In this document: piece after piece, positions 47,503 through 57,679 of the stretch | How the letters are laid out: each line of letters opens with the position of its first letter | Position numbering within the stretch: the first letter of the stretch is position 1 | NCBI GenBank assembly: GCA_963801165.1 | Contig: CAWDDT010000007.1 | Location: 192,001-256,000 of the forward strand | Reading direction: 5' to 3' | From: an uncultured bacterium | Lineage (GTDB): Bacteria > Actinomycetota > Acidimicrobiia > Spongiisociales > UBA5794 | DNA: 64,000 bases | Notes under the pieces: model-generated | What the model was told of the DNA's origin: nothing | Databases searched by the model: none | Seen by the model: only the letters and a program-made list of their open reading frames with translations | Translations under genes and position numbers: made by a program

Positions 47503-49083
47503 TCACGCATCCGAGGTTTGGGCGGCGGGTCGGCGGCTGAGAAGATCGTAGAGAAGACCTCCGAGGAGGACGGCCACCCCGACGAACGCAGCCGAGCCGA
47601 GGACGACCGTCGCCACCGAGATGATGGTCGTGGCGAACGAGCCCAGGGCCGCGATGTCAATGATGCGCTCGATACCGAGGTTGACGGCGTAGGCGGCGAA
47701 GCCGCCGACCACCGCCAGTGGGATGACCCGGCCGGTCTGGGCGAGTACGAGCCGCAATCGGACGGAGTCGGTGGAGGCGTACCAAACCCCGGCGAGCACG
47801 CTGGCGTATACGGCGAGCGCCAGGGTCGAGGCAAGCGCTACGCCACGGATCCCGAACGTATTCTGCAAGAAGGCGTACAGCGGGATGGCGACGATGGTCG
47901 CCGCCGTGCCGACCACAACCGGTGTCCACATCTCTTTGCGGGCGTAGAACGCCCGGTTGAGGATCTGCAGAGCGCCCCACACCGGGATGGCGAAGACGTA
48001 GAAGAAGAGCGCTTCGGCGGTGCCGACCGTGCCGTCGGCGGTGAAGTTGCCCCGCTGGAAGAGGGCCCGCACGATCGGGATGCTCATCGATCCCACCAGG
48101 GCCGCCGCGATCACAGAGAAGATCAACACGTAGCGCAGCGCCCGATCAACGGTGTCCTTCATCTCCCTAATGCGCCCCTCGGCGAACAGGCGGGCCAGAA
48201 ACGGGTACGCCGCAACCCCGGCCGCCTGGGCGATCACGCCAACCGGGACGAGCATCGTGCGTCTCGCGTAGTTCAGTTCTGTTGCCGCCCCCTGGCTGAT
48301 GAACTGGCCGAACACCCGCATGAACGTCTCATCGAGAACCACGATTGACTGGCCGAGCATCAGTGGGAGCGCAATCAGCATGTATTCCTTGAGGACCGGG
48401 TTGCGCCATGAGATGCCCAGCCGGAGCCGCATCCCCAACCGGTGCGCTCCCCAATACTGGAGCGCGAAATTGCCGACGAACGCTCCCACCAGAGCACCCC
48501 ACACGAACCCTTCCGGGGAGGCATCGTTCACCATCGCCCAACCGACGCCGCCTGCGATGATCCCGAGGTTGTAGATGATCGGGGCCAGTGTCGGGATGGT
48601 GAAGACGCCCTTGGTGTATTGGACCGCGGTGAACAGAGCCCCGAGCACGAAGAACACCTGGGCGGGGAGGATGATCCTCGTGTAGTGGATGGTGTGGGCG
48701 ATCTGGTCTGCGGTGAAGCGGGGGAAGATCGTCTCGATCACCGAGGGAGCGATCACCCAGCCGACGCCGACCAGAGCCACAATGGCGATTGCCACGGGGC
48801 GGATCACGGCACTCAGGGCGTCCCAGCCGCCGTCCTCGTCGTCGTGGGCGAGGTAGCGGGAGAAGATCGGTATGAAAGTGATGGACAGAAAGCCCCCGGC
48901 GAGCAGGTAGTTGAGGAAGTCGGGTATGGCAAACGCGGCCACGTACTCGTCGGTTGTTGCGTTTGCTCCGAGCAGCGAGGCGAAGATGATCTCCCGCAAT
49001 TGACCGAGGATCCGGGAGATGAGCACCCCGCCCGACACGATCAGCGCCGCGGTCCCCATCCGTTTACCCAGGGTCTTGTTCAC
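47503..49083 (-). CDS. murJ: Lipid II flippase MurJ/MviN
   Basis: SRILGQLRE, AAFAIPD, FIPIF, LFQRGNFT, RAFYA; polytopic MOP-family profile. Confidence 0.9.
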   Translation of the reverse strand: MNKTLGKRMGTAALIVSGGVLISRILGQLREIIFASLLGANATTDEYVAAFAIPDFLNYLLAGGFLSITFIPIFSRYLAHDDEDGGWDALSAVIRPVAIAIVALVGVGWVIAPSVIETIFPRFTADQIAHTIHYTRIILPAQVFFVLGALFTAVQYTKGVFTIPTLAPIIYNLGIIAGGVGWAMVNDASPEGFVWGALVGAFVGNFALQYWGAHRLGMRLRLGISWRNPVLKEYMLIALPLMLGQSIVVLDETFMRVFGQFISQGAATELNYARRTMLVPVGVIAQAAGVAAYPFLARLFAEGRIREMKDTVDRALRYVLIFSVIAAALVGSMSIPIVRALFQRGNFTADGTVGTAEALFFYVFAIPVWGALQILNRAFYARKEMWTPVVVGTAATIVAIPLYAFLQNTFGIRGVALASTLALAVYASVLAGVWYASTDSVRLRLVLAQTGRVIPLAVVGGFAAYAVNLGIERIIDIAALGSFATTIISVATVVLGSAAFVGVAVLLGGLLYDLLSRRPAAQTSDA

Positions 49084-49111
49084 GGCTTCAAGCTAGTAGG
49101 CCCGCCGACAA

Positions 49112-49906
49112 TTACGAGGATCCCCCAGCGAGGTCACGCCTGCGCAGGATCGATGCCACGAGCGCTGCGGCTGCGATCCCCATGATTACTGCTTTTGCGA
49201 GAGCACCCCCCGCTCCCGGATTGAGCGAGCCGAGGGCGAAGTCGGTCGGAATGTGTTCGGTAAACTCCGCCGGTGCCAATGCGGCCGTGGCGCTCAGGCC
49301 GATCCGCCACGGCGAGAGGGTTGCCAGCCCCGGAATCGCGGCGACTATGCCGTTCTCCCAAATGAAGACATACGTCAACCCGATCAGCGTGGCCCGTTTC
49401 AGCAGATAACCAAGTGGAACAAATATCGCCGCGTAGGCAGCGGTGGCGATAGCAGCGCCGACGACCAGCGGCACCAGCCAGGCAAAGCTGTGGATCTTGA
49501 TCGCGACGAGAACGCCGAGGGAAGCGGCGCCGATACCGGTCACCGTGAAAGCCTCGAGGAACGCGGCAACGACCTTGGCGGCGCCGATATTGAAGCGACG
49601 GATTGGGCGCAGCACCAGGAACGACATTGTGTTGTCGCGCCGCTCGTCGCCGAGGACCGAGGTGGCGATGATCAACGTCACAACCGGAACCAGGATGTTC
49701 ATGAACACGCTGGCACTCAGACCGACGGCGGCATCGATCGCGTCTTGGCGTTGTCCCGCGAGGCTGCCGGTGCTGTTGCGGCTGGCGAGGATGATCAGCA
49801 GATACATCGCGGTTGCGGCACCGGAAAGGATGACGAGCCCTATTGCGCGCCGCAGCCGCAGTGTCTGGCGAATGGTCACCCGGATGATGGCGAGGAAAGC
49901 TCTCAT
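49112..49906 (-). CDS. ABC-2 type transporter permease
   Basis: About 6 TM helices, LGDERRDNTMSFLVLRP, RRRDL C-terminus. Confidence 0.85.
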   Translation of the reverse strand: MRAFLAIIRVTIRQTLRLRRAIGLVILSGAATAMYLLIILASRNSTGSLAGQRQDAIDAAVGLSASVFMNILVPVVTLIIATSVLGDERRDNTMSFLVLRPIRRFNIGAAKVVAAFLEAFTVTGIGAASLGVLVAIKIHSFAWLVPLVVGAAIATAAYAAIFVPLGYLLKRATLIGLTYVFIWENGIVAAIPGLATLSPWRIGLSATAALAPAEFTEHIPTDFALGSLNPGAGGALAKAVIMGIAAAALVASILRRRDLAGGSS

Positions 49907-50844
49907 CGGCCATCAACCAGGTAACGGAAGACGCTCTCGAGCGACTCGTCCTCGGGAGCGAAGGTAGCAAGGCGGACGTCGAGATCAGACGCGTACCGTG
50001 CGACGACTCTACCGAGGGCGAGTAGGTCGGTGGTCTCCAGATGGATCCGGTCCTCCTCCAGGGAGACGCTCGTGATGGCGGTGTTTCCAAGCAATGCGGC
50101 CGCAAATTCACGTGGCTTGTCACATTGGACGAGAACCCGATAGGGGATGTGAGACATCGCCCGCCTTATGGCCGCGATGTCGCCGGCCGCTGCCAGTTTG
50201 CCGTCGACTATGGCGATGACCCTGGCCGTCATCCGCTCGACCTCTTGGAGTACGTGAGAAGACACAATGACTGTCTTGCCGTTGGCGGCAAGCTCGCCTA
50301 GTAGATGGATGAGGTGGGCGCGTTGTACCGGGTCGGTGCCGTTGAGAGGCTCATCGAGGACGAGAATCTTCGGGTCGTGGACGAGTGCTGCGGCGACTTT
50401 CGTACGCTGTCGCATTCCTTTGGAGAACCCGCCGACCCGACGGTTGGCGTCGCCGGTCAGGTCGACGGTTTCGAGTGCGCGGTCGGCCGCGGCACGTGGA
50501 TCCTTCACCCTGCTGAGAGTGGCGGCGTAGGTTAGGTATTCGCGGGCCGACAAGGCGTCGTACAGTGCGCTCTCCTCGGGCACAAACCCGATGTCGCGGT
50601 AGCGGTCAACGTTGGACCGGGGGCGTGCACCTTCGATCAGAACCTCCCCCTGGGACGGCAACGTGAGCCCGGTGAGCATCCGAAGGAGGGTTGTCTTTCC
50701 CGCTCCGTTGGGTCCGAGCAAACCGGTCAGGCCCGGGCCGAACGAGCAAGACACGGCAGACACGGCGACCTTCTGCCCGAACCATTTCGACACGTCGTTG
50801 ACCTCGATGGTCGGGTTGGCGGCAAGAGCGGGGTTGGTTGTCAT
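49903..50844 (-). CDS. ABC transporter ATP-binding protein
   Basis: GPNGAGKT, FSKGMRQR, LDEPLNG. Confidence 0.92.
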   Translation of the reverse strand: MTTNPALAANPTIEVNDVSKWFGQKVAVSAVSCSFGPGLTGLLGPNGAGKTTLLRMLTGLTLPSQGEVLIEGARPRSNVDRYRDIGFVPEESALYDALSAREYLTYAATLSRVKDPRAAADRALETVDLTGDANRRVGGFSKGMRQRTKVAAALVHDPKILVLDEPLNGTDPVQRAHLIHLLGELAANGKTVIVSSHVLQEVERMTARVIAIVDGKLAAAGDIAAIRRAMSHIPYRVLVQCDKPREFAAALLGNTAITSVSLEEDRIHLETTDLLALGRVVARYASDLDVRLATFAPEDESLESVFRYLVDGR

Positions 50845-51731
50845 AGCTCCCGCCGGTATCGACGCGCCATGAGATACATCGTCAGCGCTCCCACGGCGGC
50901 TATGAAGACAGCCGATACCCATGGTTCGAAGCCGACTGAGGTCATCGGTATGTCACCCTGCGACTCGCCGAACGCCCAGTTCCTGATGACCTCCGGGTGC
51001 TGCTGCAGACTTACGAGGGTTCCGAAGCGACCGCCGGGAAGATCGATGACCTTGAAGATCTCGGCGAAGGCCGGTGAAATGAAAATGGTGGCCAGATAGA
51101 CCCCGACCGCCGGGCCGACCCGCTTGGCGTACGTTGCGATCAGAAGAGCCGGGGCGCCGTACCCGACGACGTAGGCGAACATCGTCACCAAGACCTTCAC
51201 CAGGTCGTCGAGATTGTTGACGAGGGCGGACGCAAACCCTGCTTTGTCCAAGGCAGCGAGACCGACATACATGACCAGGTTGGGAACGATGAAGAATGTT
51301 GCGGCGACGGCGAACAGCGCGCCCACCCGGCCGAGGATGTAGTCCCATACGGTCATCGGCCGCGAGCTGTAGACCGCCAGGACTCCATCTTCCCGGTCCG
51401 GGATGAGGAGGTTGGGGGCCGCCGACGCTACGAACAGGATGATGACGGTGCCCACGAGGCTGATGTATTGGGCATGGCCACCAAACGGGCTCTCGCTGTC
51501 GGGGCTGAAGCTGCCCCAGAGAAACGCAAAGGCAACGAACGCTATGGCCGGGAGAAAGGCGATGCCTGCCAGCAGCCAGGGGTAGATCTTCTTGCGTGCC
51601 TTGCGTCTGATACCGAACGAGCGGCGCAGCCCATCCTTGATCATGGCTTTGATCGCGCCGCTGCGACCCAGCCGTTGACCTTCATAGGGTTTGTAGCCCA
51701 GGTCGTAGACAACACCCGAGTCGTCAGTCAT
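50841..51731 (-). CDS. ABC-2 type transporter permease
   Basis: Start MTDDSGVVYDLGY; multiple TM helices; DREDGVLAVYSSRP. Confidence 0.85.
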   Translation of the reverse strand: MTDDSGVVYDLGYKPYEGQRLGRSGAIKAMIKDGLRRSFGIRRKARKKIYPWLLAGIAFLPAIAFVAFAFLWGSFSPDSESPFGGHAQYISLVGTVIILFVASAAPNLLIPDREDGVLAVYSSRPMTVWDYILGRVGALFAVAATFFIVPNLVMYVGLAALDKAGFASALVNNLDDLVKVLVTMFAYVVGYGAPALLIATYAKRVGPAVGVYLATIFISPAFAEIFKVIDLPGGRFGTLVSLQQHPEVIRNWAFGESQGDIPMTSVGFEPWVSAVFIAAVGALTMYLMARRYRREL

Positions 51732-52635
51732 GATTCGGAGCCTCCCCGAGGAAGATGTCTTCGAGCGTTGTCGATCGTGATGCCAGGCGATGGAGCGCGG
51801 CACCGGTGGTCGCCAGCGCATCGCGTGCTGCGAGGAACGGATCCCCGGGCGTTGCGGTGATGACGAGCGTCTTGCCGTCGATCTCGAACTCGGCCCCGAT
51901 CCGGCGAAGCTCGGCGGCAACCTCCTCGAGACCCTCGGTGACCTCGACCTCAACGACCTCTGTCTCGGTGAGCCCGCTCAACGGGCCGTTGCGCAGCACC
52001 TGACCGCCGTCGAGCATCACCACCCACTCACAGGTTTTCTCGATGTCGGGTAGCACGTGCGAGGAAACGAACACATTGATACCGAAGCCGCCGAGACGGC
52101 TGATCAGATCGAGCATCTCCTCACGGCCGGCCGGGTCGAGACCCGCCGTCGGTTCGTCCAAGAAGACGATTTCCGGGTCATGAACAATCGCCTGAGCGAG
52201 CATTGCCCGTTGTTTCATGCCGGTTGAGAAGTCGCCGAGGTAACGGAAGCGCTCCTCGTGCAATCCAACCATCGTCAAAATGTCTGATGCTCGCTGACGC
52301 GCTTCCGCGGCCGGTATACCGGCCAATTCGGCCGCGTATGAGATGAAGTCTGCTGCGGTTTGATCCTTCGGGAGACACTCACCCTCGGGCATGTAGCCGA
52401 CACGGTTGCGGACCTTGATCAGATCCTTCGCCGGGTCGGCGCCGAGGACCTCGACATTGCCCACCGTAGGTGACAGGATCCCGAGCAGGATCTTTATCAA
52501 TGTCGTCTTGCCGGCACCGTTGGCTCCCACCAGACCGACGCGCCCCGCCGGCACCTCGAGGTCGAGGTGATGCAGGGCTACGAAGTCGCCGTAAGCGTGT
52601 CCGAGACCGTGTGCGGCGATGGCGGGGGATTCCAT
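51724..52635 (-). CDS. ABC transporter ATP-binding protein
   Basis: GANGAGKT, FSTGMKQR, FLDEPTAGLDP. Confidence 0.92.
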   Translation of the reverse strand: MESPAIAAHGLGHAYGDFVALHHLDLEVPAGRVGLVGANGAGKTTLIKILLGILSPTVGNVEVLGADPAKDLIKVRNRVGYMPEGECLPKDQTAADFISYAAELAGIPAAEARQRASDILTMVGLHEERFRYLGDFSTGMKQRAMLAQAIVHDPEIVFLDEPTAGLDPAGREEMLDLISRLGGFGINVFVSSHVLPDIEKTCEWVVMLDGGQVLRNGPLSGLTETEVVEVEVTEGLEEVAAELRRIGAEFEIDGKTLVITATPGDPFLAARDALATTGAALHRLASRSTTLEDIFLGEAPNHD

Positions 52636-52680
52636 GATTCGGGAGGCTAGACGACTCCAGCCCTGAGCGTGAATAGGGGA

Positions 52681-53352
52681 TTACCCCGGTCTCCGTCCCC
52701 GGGCTCTGCGGACGAGGAATTGCCACACTTTTTCTGTGGGTGGCGGTGGCTCCGGTGCGGGTGATGGCTCGGGCGACGGCGTTGCAGGCATTGCAGGCTG
52801 AGCATCTGCCGTTTGCCGGAGCTCGGCGAGTCGTTCCCTCAGGAAATGCGCCTCGGTCTCGGCCCGCGCCGCGCGTTCCCTCGCCTCGGCGAGCTGCTGG
52901 CCCGCCTCGTGGAGGTTCCCGAGCTGGTTGAGCATCTTGTTCCAGGCATCGACGGGCACGATCATCGAGCCAGAGGGTATGTCCTGGGTGGGAGCCGGGG
53001 GAGGTTGTTGTGGCGCGACTGTTGTGGCGGGTCCCGGTGCTGCATGCGATGCTGTGGATCTGTCGAGACGCCCCAGCTCGGCTGCGCGGCGGGTAACCCC
53101 GTCGAGATCGACCATCCGTAGCGTGGTGCCCCGGTCTGCGGGGACGAGATAGGTGGGGATCGTGGCCCGGCGTGCCCACTTGCGCAGAGTCTCGACCGGG
53201 ATACCGGTCTCCCGGCTTGCGTGGCGAAGCGTGACCCACCTGCCCGCTGCGTCTCCGGTGCTGGTTGCGTCGGCTTCGGCCTCGGCAACCCGGTGGGGTG
53301 CGGATCGGATCGCTTCGGTTTCCCACAAGAAGGCCGGGTCTTGGTCGGTCAT
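52681..53352 (-). CDS. Hypothetical protein: MerR/excisionase-like HTH, coiled coil and amphipathic C-terminal helix
   Basis: VTLRHASRETGIPVETLRKWARR; QLAEARERAARAETEAHFLRERLAEL; Pro-rich linkers. Confidence 0.65.
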   Translation of the reverse strand: MTDQDPAFLWETEAIRSAPHRVAEAEADATSTGDAAGRWVTLRHASRETGIPVETLRKWARRATIPTYLVPADRGTTLRMVDLDGVTRRAAELGRLDRSTASHAAPGPATTVAPQQPPPAPTQDIPSGSMIVPVDAWNKMLNQLGNLHEAGQQLAEARERAARAETEAHFLRERLAELRQTADAQPAMPATPSPEPSPAPEPPPPTEKVWQFLVRRARGRRPG

Positions 53353-53449
53353 CGTCCCAACATCATACGGCCGGCCGCAGGGGACGGTGCAGCACAGACA
53401 GAACCGGGATATCGATCGCGGCGACTCGGGGCATCCTAGGATGCAACCA

Positions 53450-54058
53450 ATGGCTTCCCGAGATTCAAGCCGGATCGCCGGTCGTCCCCGTGATGAGGAC
53501 GTTCGTGAGATGGTGACCAGGATCGTCGACGGCGTTCTGGCGCGTCAGGAAACGCAACCCACCGTGGAGTCGCCCACCCCACATGAGCCCGTCGCCGGCG
53601 ACAACGAGACCATCGCCATCGGCGCCGACCACGGCGGGTACCCGCTCAAGGAGAAGCTCGCTTTCCGGTTGCGGGAGCAAGGCCACGCAGTCGTCGACTG
53701 TGGCACCGACTCGTCGAAGTCCGTCGACTACCCCGACTTCGCCCATGCGGTCGCCGGTATGGTTGCCACCGGGCAAGCACGGTGGGGGATAATCGTCGAC
53801 GGCGCCGGGATCGGCTCGGCGATGGTCGCAAACAAGGTGCCCGGGGTCAGAGCGGCCCTCTGTTACGACCTGTCCACCGCACGGAACTCACGGGAGCACA
53901 ACCACGCCAACGTGCTCACGCTCGGCGCAGGGCTGATCGGGGACAATCTCGCCTGGCAGATCGTTCAGGAGTGGCTGGCCACCGAGTGGGGAGGCGATCG
54001 GCACGCCAGACGTGTAGAAATGATCATGGAAATCGAGCGTCGGTACTCGAAGTCGTAG
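53450..54058 (+). CDS. rpiB: Ribose-5-phosphate isomerase B with N-terminal encapsulation-peptide-like extension (BMC cargo)
   Basis: IAIGADHGG, SVDYPDFA, ANKVPGVRAA, REHNHANVL, RHARRV. N-terminal EDVREMVTRIVDGVLAR plus linker. Start 53441 or 53450. Confidence 0.9.
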   Translation: MASRDSSRIAGRPRDEDVREMVTRIVDGVLARQETQPTVESPTPHEPVAGDNETIAIGADHGGYPLKEKLAFRLREQGHAVVDCGTDSSKSVDYPDFAHAVAGMVATGQARWGIIVDGAGIGSAMVANKVPGVRAALCYDLSTARNSREHNHANVLTLGAGLIGDNLAWQIVQEWLATEWGGDRHARRVEMIMEIERRYSKS

Positions 54059-54093
54059 GAGAACAGTCGTAGGAGAGCAGTCGTGGGAGAACA

Positions 54094-54927
54094 ATGGACC
54101 GCCAGAAGCTGATCGATGCGGTGACTCAGGAGGTGCTCACCGCCCTGACGATGAGATACGACGTGTGCCAGTCGCCGGAGGCGGTTCGCAACGTCGTTGC
54201 CAACGGTGCCGATCGGGTGAGCTTCCACGGCGACGCCACCGAGGTGCCGCTGGATCTCGCCAGGTACATAGACCACACCCTGCTCAAGCCGGAAGCGTCG
54301 GCGCCGGACATAGACAAGCTGTGCGCCGAGGCCAGGGACTATCACTTCGCATCGGTGTGTATCAACCCCACGTGGGTGAAGCGGGCCGCCGAGAGCCTGC
54401 GCGGTAGCGACGTCGTCACGTGCGCCGTCATCGGGTTCCCGCTCGGGGCGAACACCACCGCGATCAAGGCCATGGAGGCAAGGCGGGCGCTGCGTGACGG
54501 TGCCCGCGAAGTCGATATGGTGCTCAACGTAGGGGCGCTGAAGACGGGTGACTACGACCTGGTGCGTGACGATATCGCCAAAGTCGCCGAAGCGGCGCAC
54601 GAAGTGGGCGGCCTATGCAAGGTGATCCTGGAGACGGCGCTGCTCACCGACGAGGAGAAGGTCATCGCCTCGTCGCTGGCCAAGGAAGCCAAGGCCGACT
54701 TCGTCAAGACCTCCACCGGTTTCGGGCCGGGTGGGGCGACCGTGTACGACGTGGCGCTGATGCGGGAGACGGTTGGGCCCAACATGGGGGTGAAGGCCTC
54801 AGGCGGGGTGCGTACCGCTGAGGATGTTGAGGACATGATTGCCGCGGGAGCCACCCGTATCGGGGCTTCGGCGGGAGTGCAGATAGTAGGCGGGGACGAG
54901 GGAGACGGCAGTGGCGACCGGTATTGA
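54094..54927 (+). CDS. deoC: Deoxyribose-phosphate aldolase with N-terminal encapsulation-peptide-like helix
   Basis: [49 protein letters not shown]-terminal [18 protein letters not shown]. Confidence 0.95.
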   Translation: MDRQKLIDAVTQEVLTALTMRYDVCQSPEAVRNVVANGADRVSFHGDATEVPLDLARYIDHTLLKPEASAPDIDKLCAEARDYHFASVCINPTWVKRAAESLRGSDVVTCAVIGFPLGANTTAIKAMEARRALRDGAREVDMVLNVGALKTGDYDLVRDDIAKVAEAAHEVGGLCKVILETALLTDEEKVIASSLAKEAKADFVKTSTGFGPGGATVYDVALMRETVGPNMGVKASGGVRTAEDVEDMIAAGATRIGASAGVQIVGGDEGDGSGDRY

Positions 54928-55540
54928 GCTCAGATCGTATGCATTCCTGGACAGCTTGCAGCCGCAGTATGCGGCGTTCCTCGGCACCGTCGCCCGAGGG
55001 TTTCTCCCACTGGCGAACGATGCTTCGCTGTGGGTGGAGGTGGCGCCGGGCATCGAGATCAACCGGCTGACCGATGTGGCCCTCAAGGCCACCAAGGTTT
55101 GGCCGGGGATGCAGATCATCGAGCGGTACTACGGAGTGCTCGAGGTGCATTCGCCAGAGCAGGCGGAGACCAGGGCGGCTGGAGAGGCCATTCTGGAGGC
55201 GATCGGGCTGACCGAGGATGACCGTATCAAGCCGCGGCTGCTGTCGAGCCAGATCATCCGCCGGATCGATGATCATCACGCCCAACTCGTGAACCGGGAT
55301 CGGCACGGCCACATGATCATCCCCGGACAAACGCTCTACGTGCTCGAGTGCGAGCCGGCCGTCTATTCGGCGCTGGCCGCCAACGAAGCGGAGAAAGCTG
55401 CAGAGATAAGCATCCTCGAGGTTCGCTCGTTCGGCTCGATGGGCCGTATGTATCTTGCAGGAGAAGAGAGAGACATCGACGTCGGTTGGCGGGCCGCAGT
55501 GGCCGCGCTCGAAGGCGTATCCGGGCGCGAGAAGTCGTGA
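54911..55540 (+). CDS. BMC-T (permuted, dimerising CcmP/CsoS1D/HO-T2 type) shell protein
   Basis: [48 protein letters not shown]. Confidence 0.88.
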   Translation: MATGIELRSYAFLDSLQPQYAAFLGTVARGFLPLANDASLWVEVAPGIEINRLTDVALKATKVWPGMQIIERYYGVLEVHSPEQAETRAAGEAILEAIGLTEDDRIKPRLLSSQIIRRIDDHHAQLVNRDRHGHMIIPGQTLYVLECEPAVYSALAANEAEKAAEISILEVRSFGSMGRMYLAGEERDIDVGWRAAVAALEGVSGREKS

Positions 55541-55564
55541 CCCTAACGAAAGGAGATGCTTCGG

Positions 55565-55867
55565 ATGGCTGAAGCTCTTGGAATGATCGAGGCCCGGGGT
55601 TTTGCGGCGATGGTCGAAGCCTCCGACGCCATGGTGAAGGCGGCCAAGGTCGAGCTCGTCGGTTACGAGAAGACCGGCGGCGGCTATGTGACTGCCATCG
55701 TCCGTGGTGACGTAGCCGCGGTCAAGGCGGCCATCGACGCCGGGGTCCGGGGCGCCGAGAAGGTCGGCGAAGTGATCGCCACCCACGTCATCGCCCGCCC
55801 GCACCTCAACATCGATCTGGTTCTGCCGCTGGGCAGGCAGGAAGAGGCCGGGCAAGAACTCGGCTGA
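55565..55867 (+). CDS. BMC-H hexameric shell protein
   Basis: [51 protein letters not shown] upstream. Confidence 0.96.
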   Translation: MAEALGMIEARGFAAMVEASDAMVKAAKVELVGYEKTGGGYVTAIVRGDVAAVKAAIDAGVRGAEKVGEVIATHVIARPHLNIDLVLPLGRQEEAGQELG

Positions 55868-55879
55868 TCACCCGGAGGC

Positions 55880-55915
55880 GATCCGGGGCCCGGGTCTGCG
55901 CCCGGGGCTCCGATC
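55880..55915. promoter_or_regulatory. GC-rich stem-loop after the BMC-H gene, possibly tuning shell stoichiometry
   Basis: Imperfect inverted repeat GATCCGGGGCCCGGG / CCCGGGGCTCCGATC ending at the next gene's RBS. Confidence 0.35.
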
Positions 55916-55927
55916 GAGGAGGTATCC

Positions 55928-56215
55928 ATGCATCTGGGAAGGGTGGCCGGGACTCTCGTTGCCAGCCGCAAGGAAGAGCTGCTCGAGGGCATGAAGTTCC
56001 TGGTCGTGCGTCAGCTCGACGTGAACAACGAGGAGACAGGCAGCTATGTCGTCGCTGTCGACGCCGTAGGCGCCGGGGTCGACGAGGTCGTCATGTATGC
56101 CTCGGGAAGCTCGGCACGCCAGACGGAGCTCACCAAGGACAAACCGTGCGATGCGGTGATCATGGCGATCGTTGACACCTGGGAAGTCAACGGCGCCGTC
56201 AAATACCGGAAGTGA
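55928..56215 (+). CDS. BMC-P (EutN/CcmL) vertex protein
   Basis: [43 protein letters not shown]. Confidence 0.95.
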   Translation: MHLGRVAGTLVASRKEELLEGMKFLVVRQLDVNNEETGSYVVAVDAVGAGVDEVVMYASGSSARQTELTKDKPCDAVIMAIVDTWEVNGAVKYRK

Positions 56216-56221
56216 GGCATC

Positions 56222-57679
56222 GTGTTGAACGATCATGATGTCCAGTCGATCATCGAACGGGTCAAGGGGCGCATTGCCGCTACCGAGGTCCAGGGCAGCA
56301 CCGGGGCCGCGCTGGAAGCGGGGGATCAGCTGGCGGCCTACCGGGAGCAACTCGGTGACGGCATCTTCCCGAGCATCGACGCAGCGGTGGTCGCCGCCCG
56401 GCGCGCCTTTGTCCGGTTCCGGGACATGGGGCTCGACGGACGGCGCACGATCGTGGCGGCCATGCGGGAAGCGATGATCCGGGAAGGTCGCAACCTCGCC
56501 TACATGGCCCGGGAGGAAACCGGGCTGGGCAGGGCAGACGACAAGGTGATCAAGAACCGCATCGTCACAATGAACACCCCGGGACCCGAGGATCTCGAGC
56601 CGCAAGTGGTGACAGGCGACGAGGGCATGATGGTCACCGAATGGGCGCCGTACGGTGTCATCGGGTCGATCTCGCCGACGACCAACCCGACGTCGACCAT
56701 CATCAACAACTCGATCGCGATGATCGCCGCCGGCAACGCTGTCGTCTTCAATGTCCACCCGAGTGCAAAACGAGTCTCTGTCGAGAACATCAAGTTGCTC
56801 AATCGGGCCATCGTTTCCGCGGGCGGTCCCCCCGACCTGATCGCCGCCATACCCAACCCGACGCTGGAGAGCGCCCGCGAGGTGATGTACCACCCGGACG
56901 TGAGAGTGTTGCTGGTGACCGGCGGCCCCGGTGTCGTCCGCGAAGCACTGAAGACCCAGAAGAAGGCGATAACGGCCGGCCCGGGCAATCCACCTGCGGT
57001 GGTGGACCAAACCGCCGACGTCAGCAAGGCGGGCCGCGACATCGTCAACGGAGCGTCTTTTGACAACAACATCGTGTGCATCGACGAGAAGACCACGATC
57101 GTTGTCGACACGGTTGCCGACCGCCTCATCCAGGCCATGACCGCCGCCGGCGCCTACCGGCTCAAAGAGCATGAGCTGAAGCGGCTGGAGCGGGTCATCT
57201 TCAAGGAGCTTGGCGAGCCCGGCAAGCCGGGTTTGATCAATCCCGAGTGGATCGGCAAGGACGCAGACAAGATCCTCGGTTCGATCGGTGTCACCAACGA
57301 CCCCTCGATCCGGCTTCTACTGGCCGAGGTGCCCGTCGACCATCCCCTGGTATGGACCGAGCAGATGATGCCGGTGATGCCCGTGGCCAGGGTGAAGGAT
57401 GTCGATGTCGCCATCGATCTGGCGGTCCGCTCCGAGCACAACTTCCGGCACACGGCATCGATCCACTCAACGAACGTGGCCACCATCACCAAGATGGCCC
57501 GGGCGATGAACTGCAGCATCTTCGTCGCCAACGGACCCAACTATGCGGGTCTCGGCGAAGGCGGTGAGGGGTTCACCTCCTTCTCCATTGCCTCACCGAC
57601 CGGTGAGGGACTCACCCGACCGCGCACGTTCTCGAGGGTGCGCCGGGTCACGGTTGTGGGAGCTCTCAACTATGTCTGA
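56222..57679 (+). CDS. CoA-acylating aldehyde dehydrogenase (EutE/PduP type) with N-terminal encapsulation peptide
   Basis: PYGVIGSISPTTNP, TGGPGVV, AGPGNPP, SFDNNIVCIDEK, EQMMP, GEGFTSFSIASPTGEG. N-terminal DHDVQSIIERVKGRI. Confidence 0.95.
   Translation: MLNDHDVQSIIERVKGRIAATEVQGSTGAALEAGDQLAAYREQLGDGIFPSIDAAVVAARRAFVRFRDMGLDGRRTIVAAMREAMIREGRNLAYMAREETGLGRADDKVIKNRIVTMNTPGPEDLEPQVVTGDEGMMVTEWAPYGVIGSISPTTNPTSTIINNSIAMIAAGNAVVFNVHPSAKRVSVENIKLLNRAIVSAGGPPDLIAAIPNPTLESAREVMYHPDVRVLLVTGGPGVVREALKTQKKAITAGPGNPPAVVDQTADVSKAGRDIVNGASFDNNIVCIDEKTTIVVDTVADRLIQAMTAAGAYRLKEHELKRLERVIFKELGEPGKPGLINPEWIGKDADKILGSIGVTNDPSIRLLLAEVPVDHPLVWTEQMMPVMPVARVKDVDVAIDLAVRSEHNFRHTASIHSTNVATITKMARAMNCSIFVANGPNYAGLGEGGEGFTSFSIASPTGEGLTRPRTFSRVRRVTVVGALNYV

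Noticed and set aside
13267-57172. Long antisense or alternate-frame ORFs (e.g. 13267..14625-, 14823..16244-, 20846..21997-, 29251..30582-, 30629..31987-, 35987..37204-, 54704..55855-, 55868..57172-)
   Set aside because: Shadow ORFs typical of high-GC DNA. They overlap well-supported genes and show no recognisable motifs.
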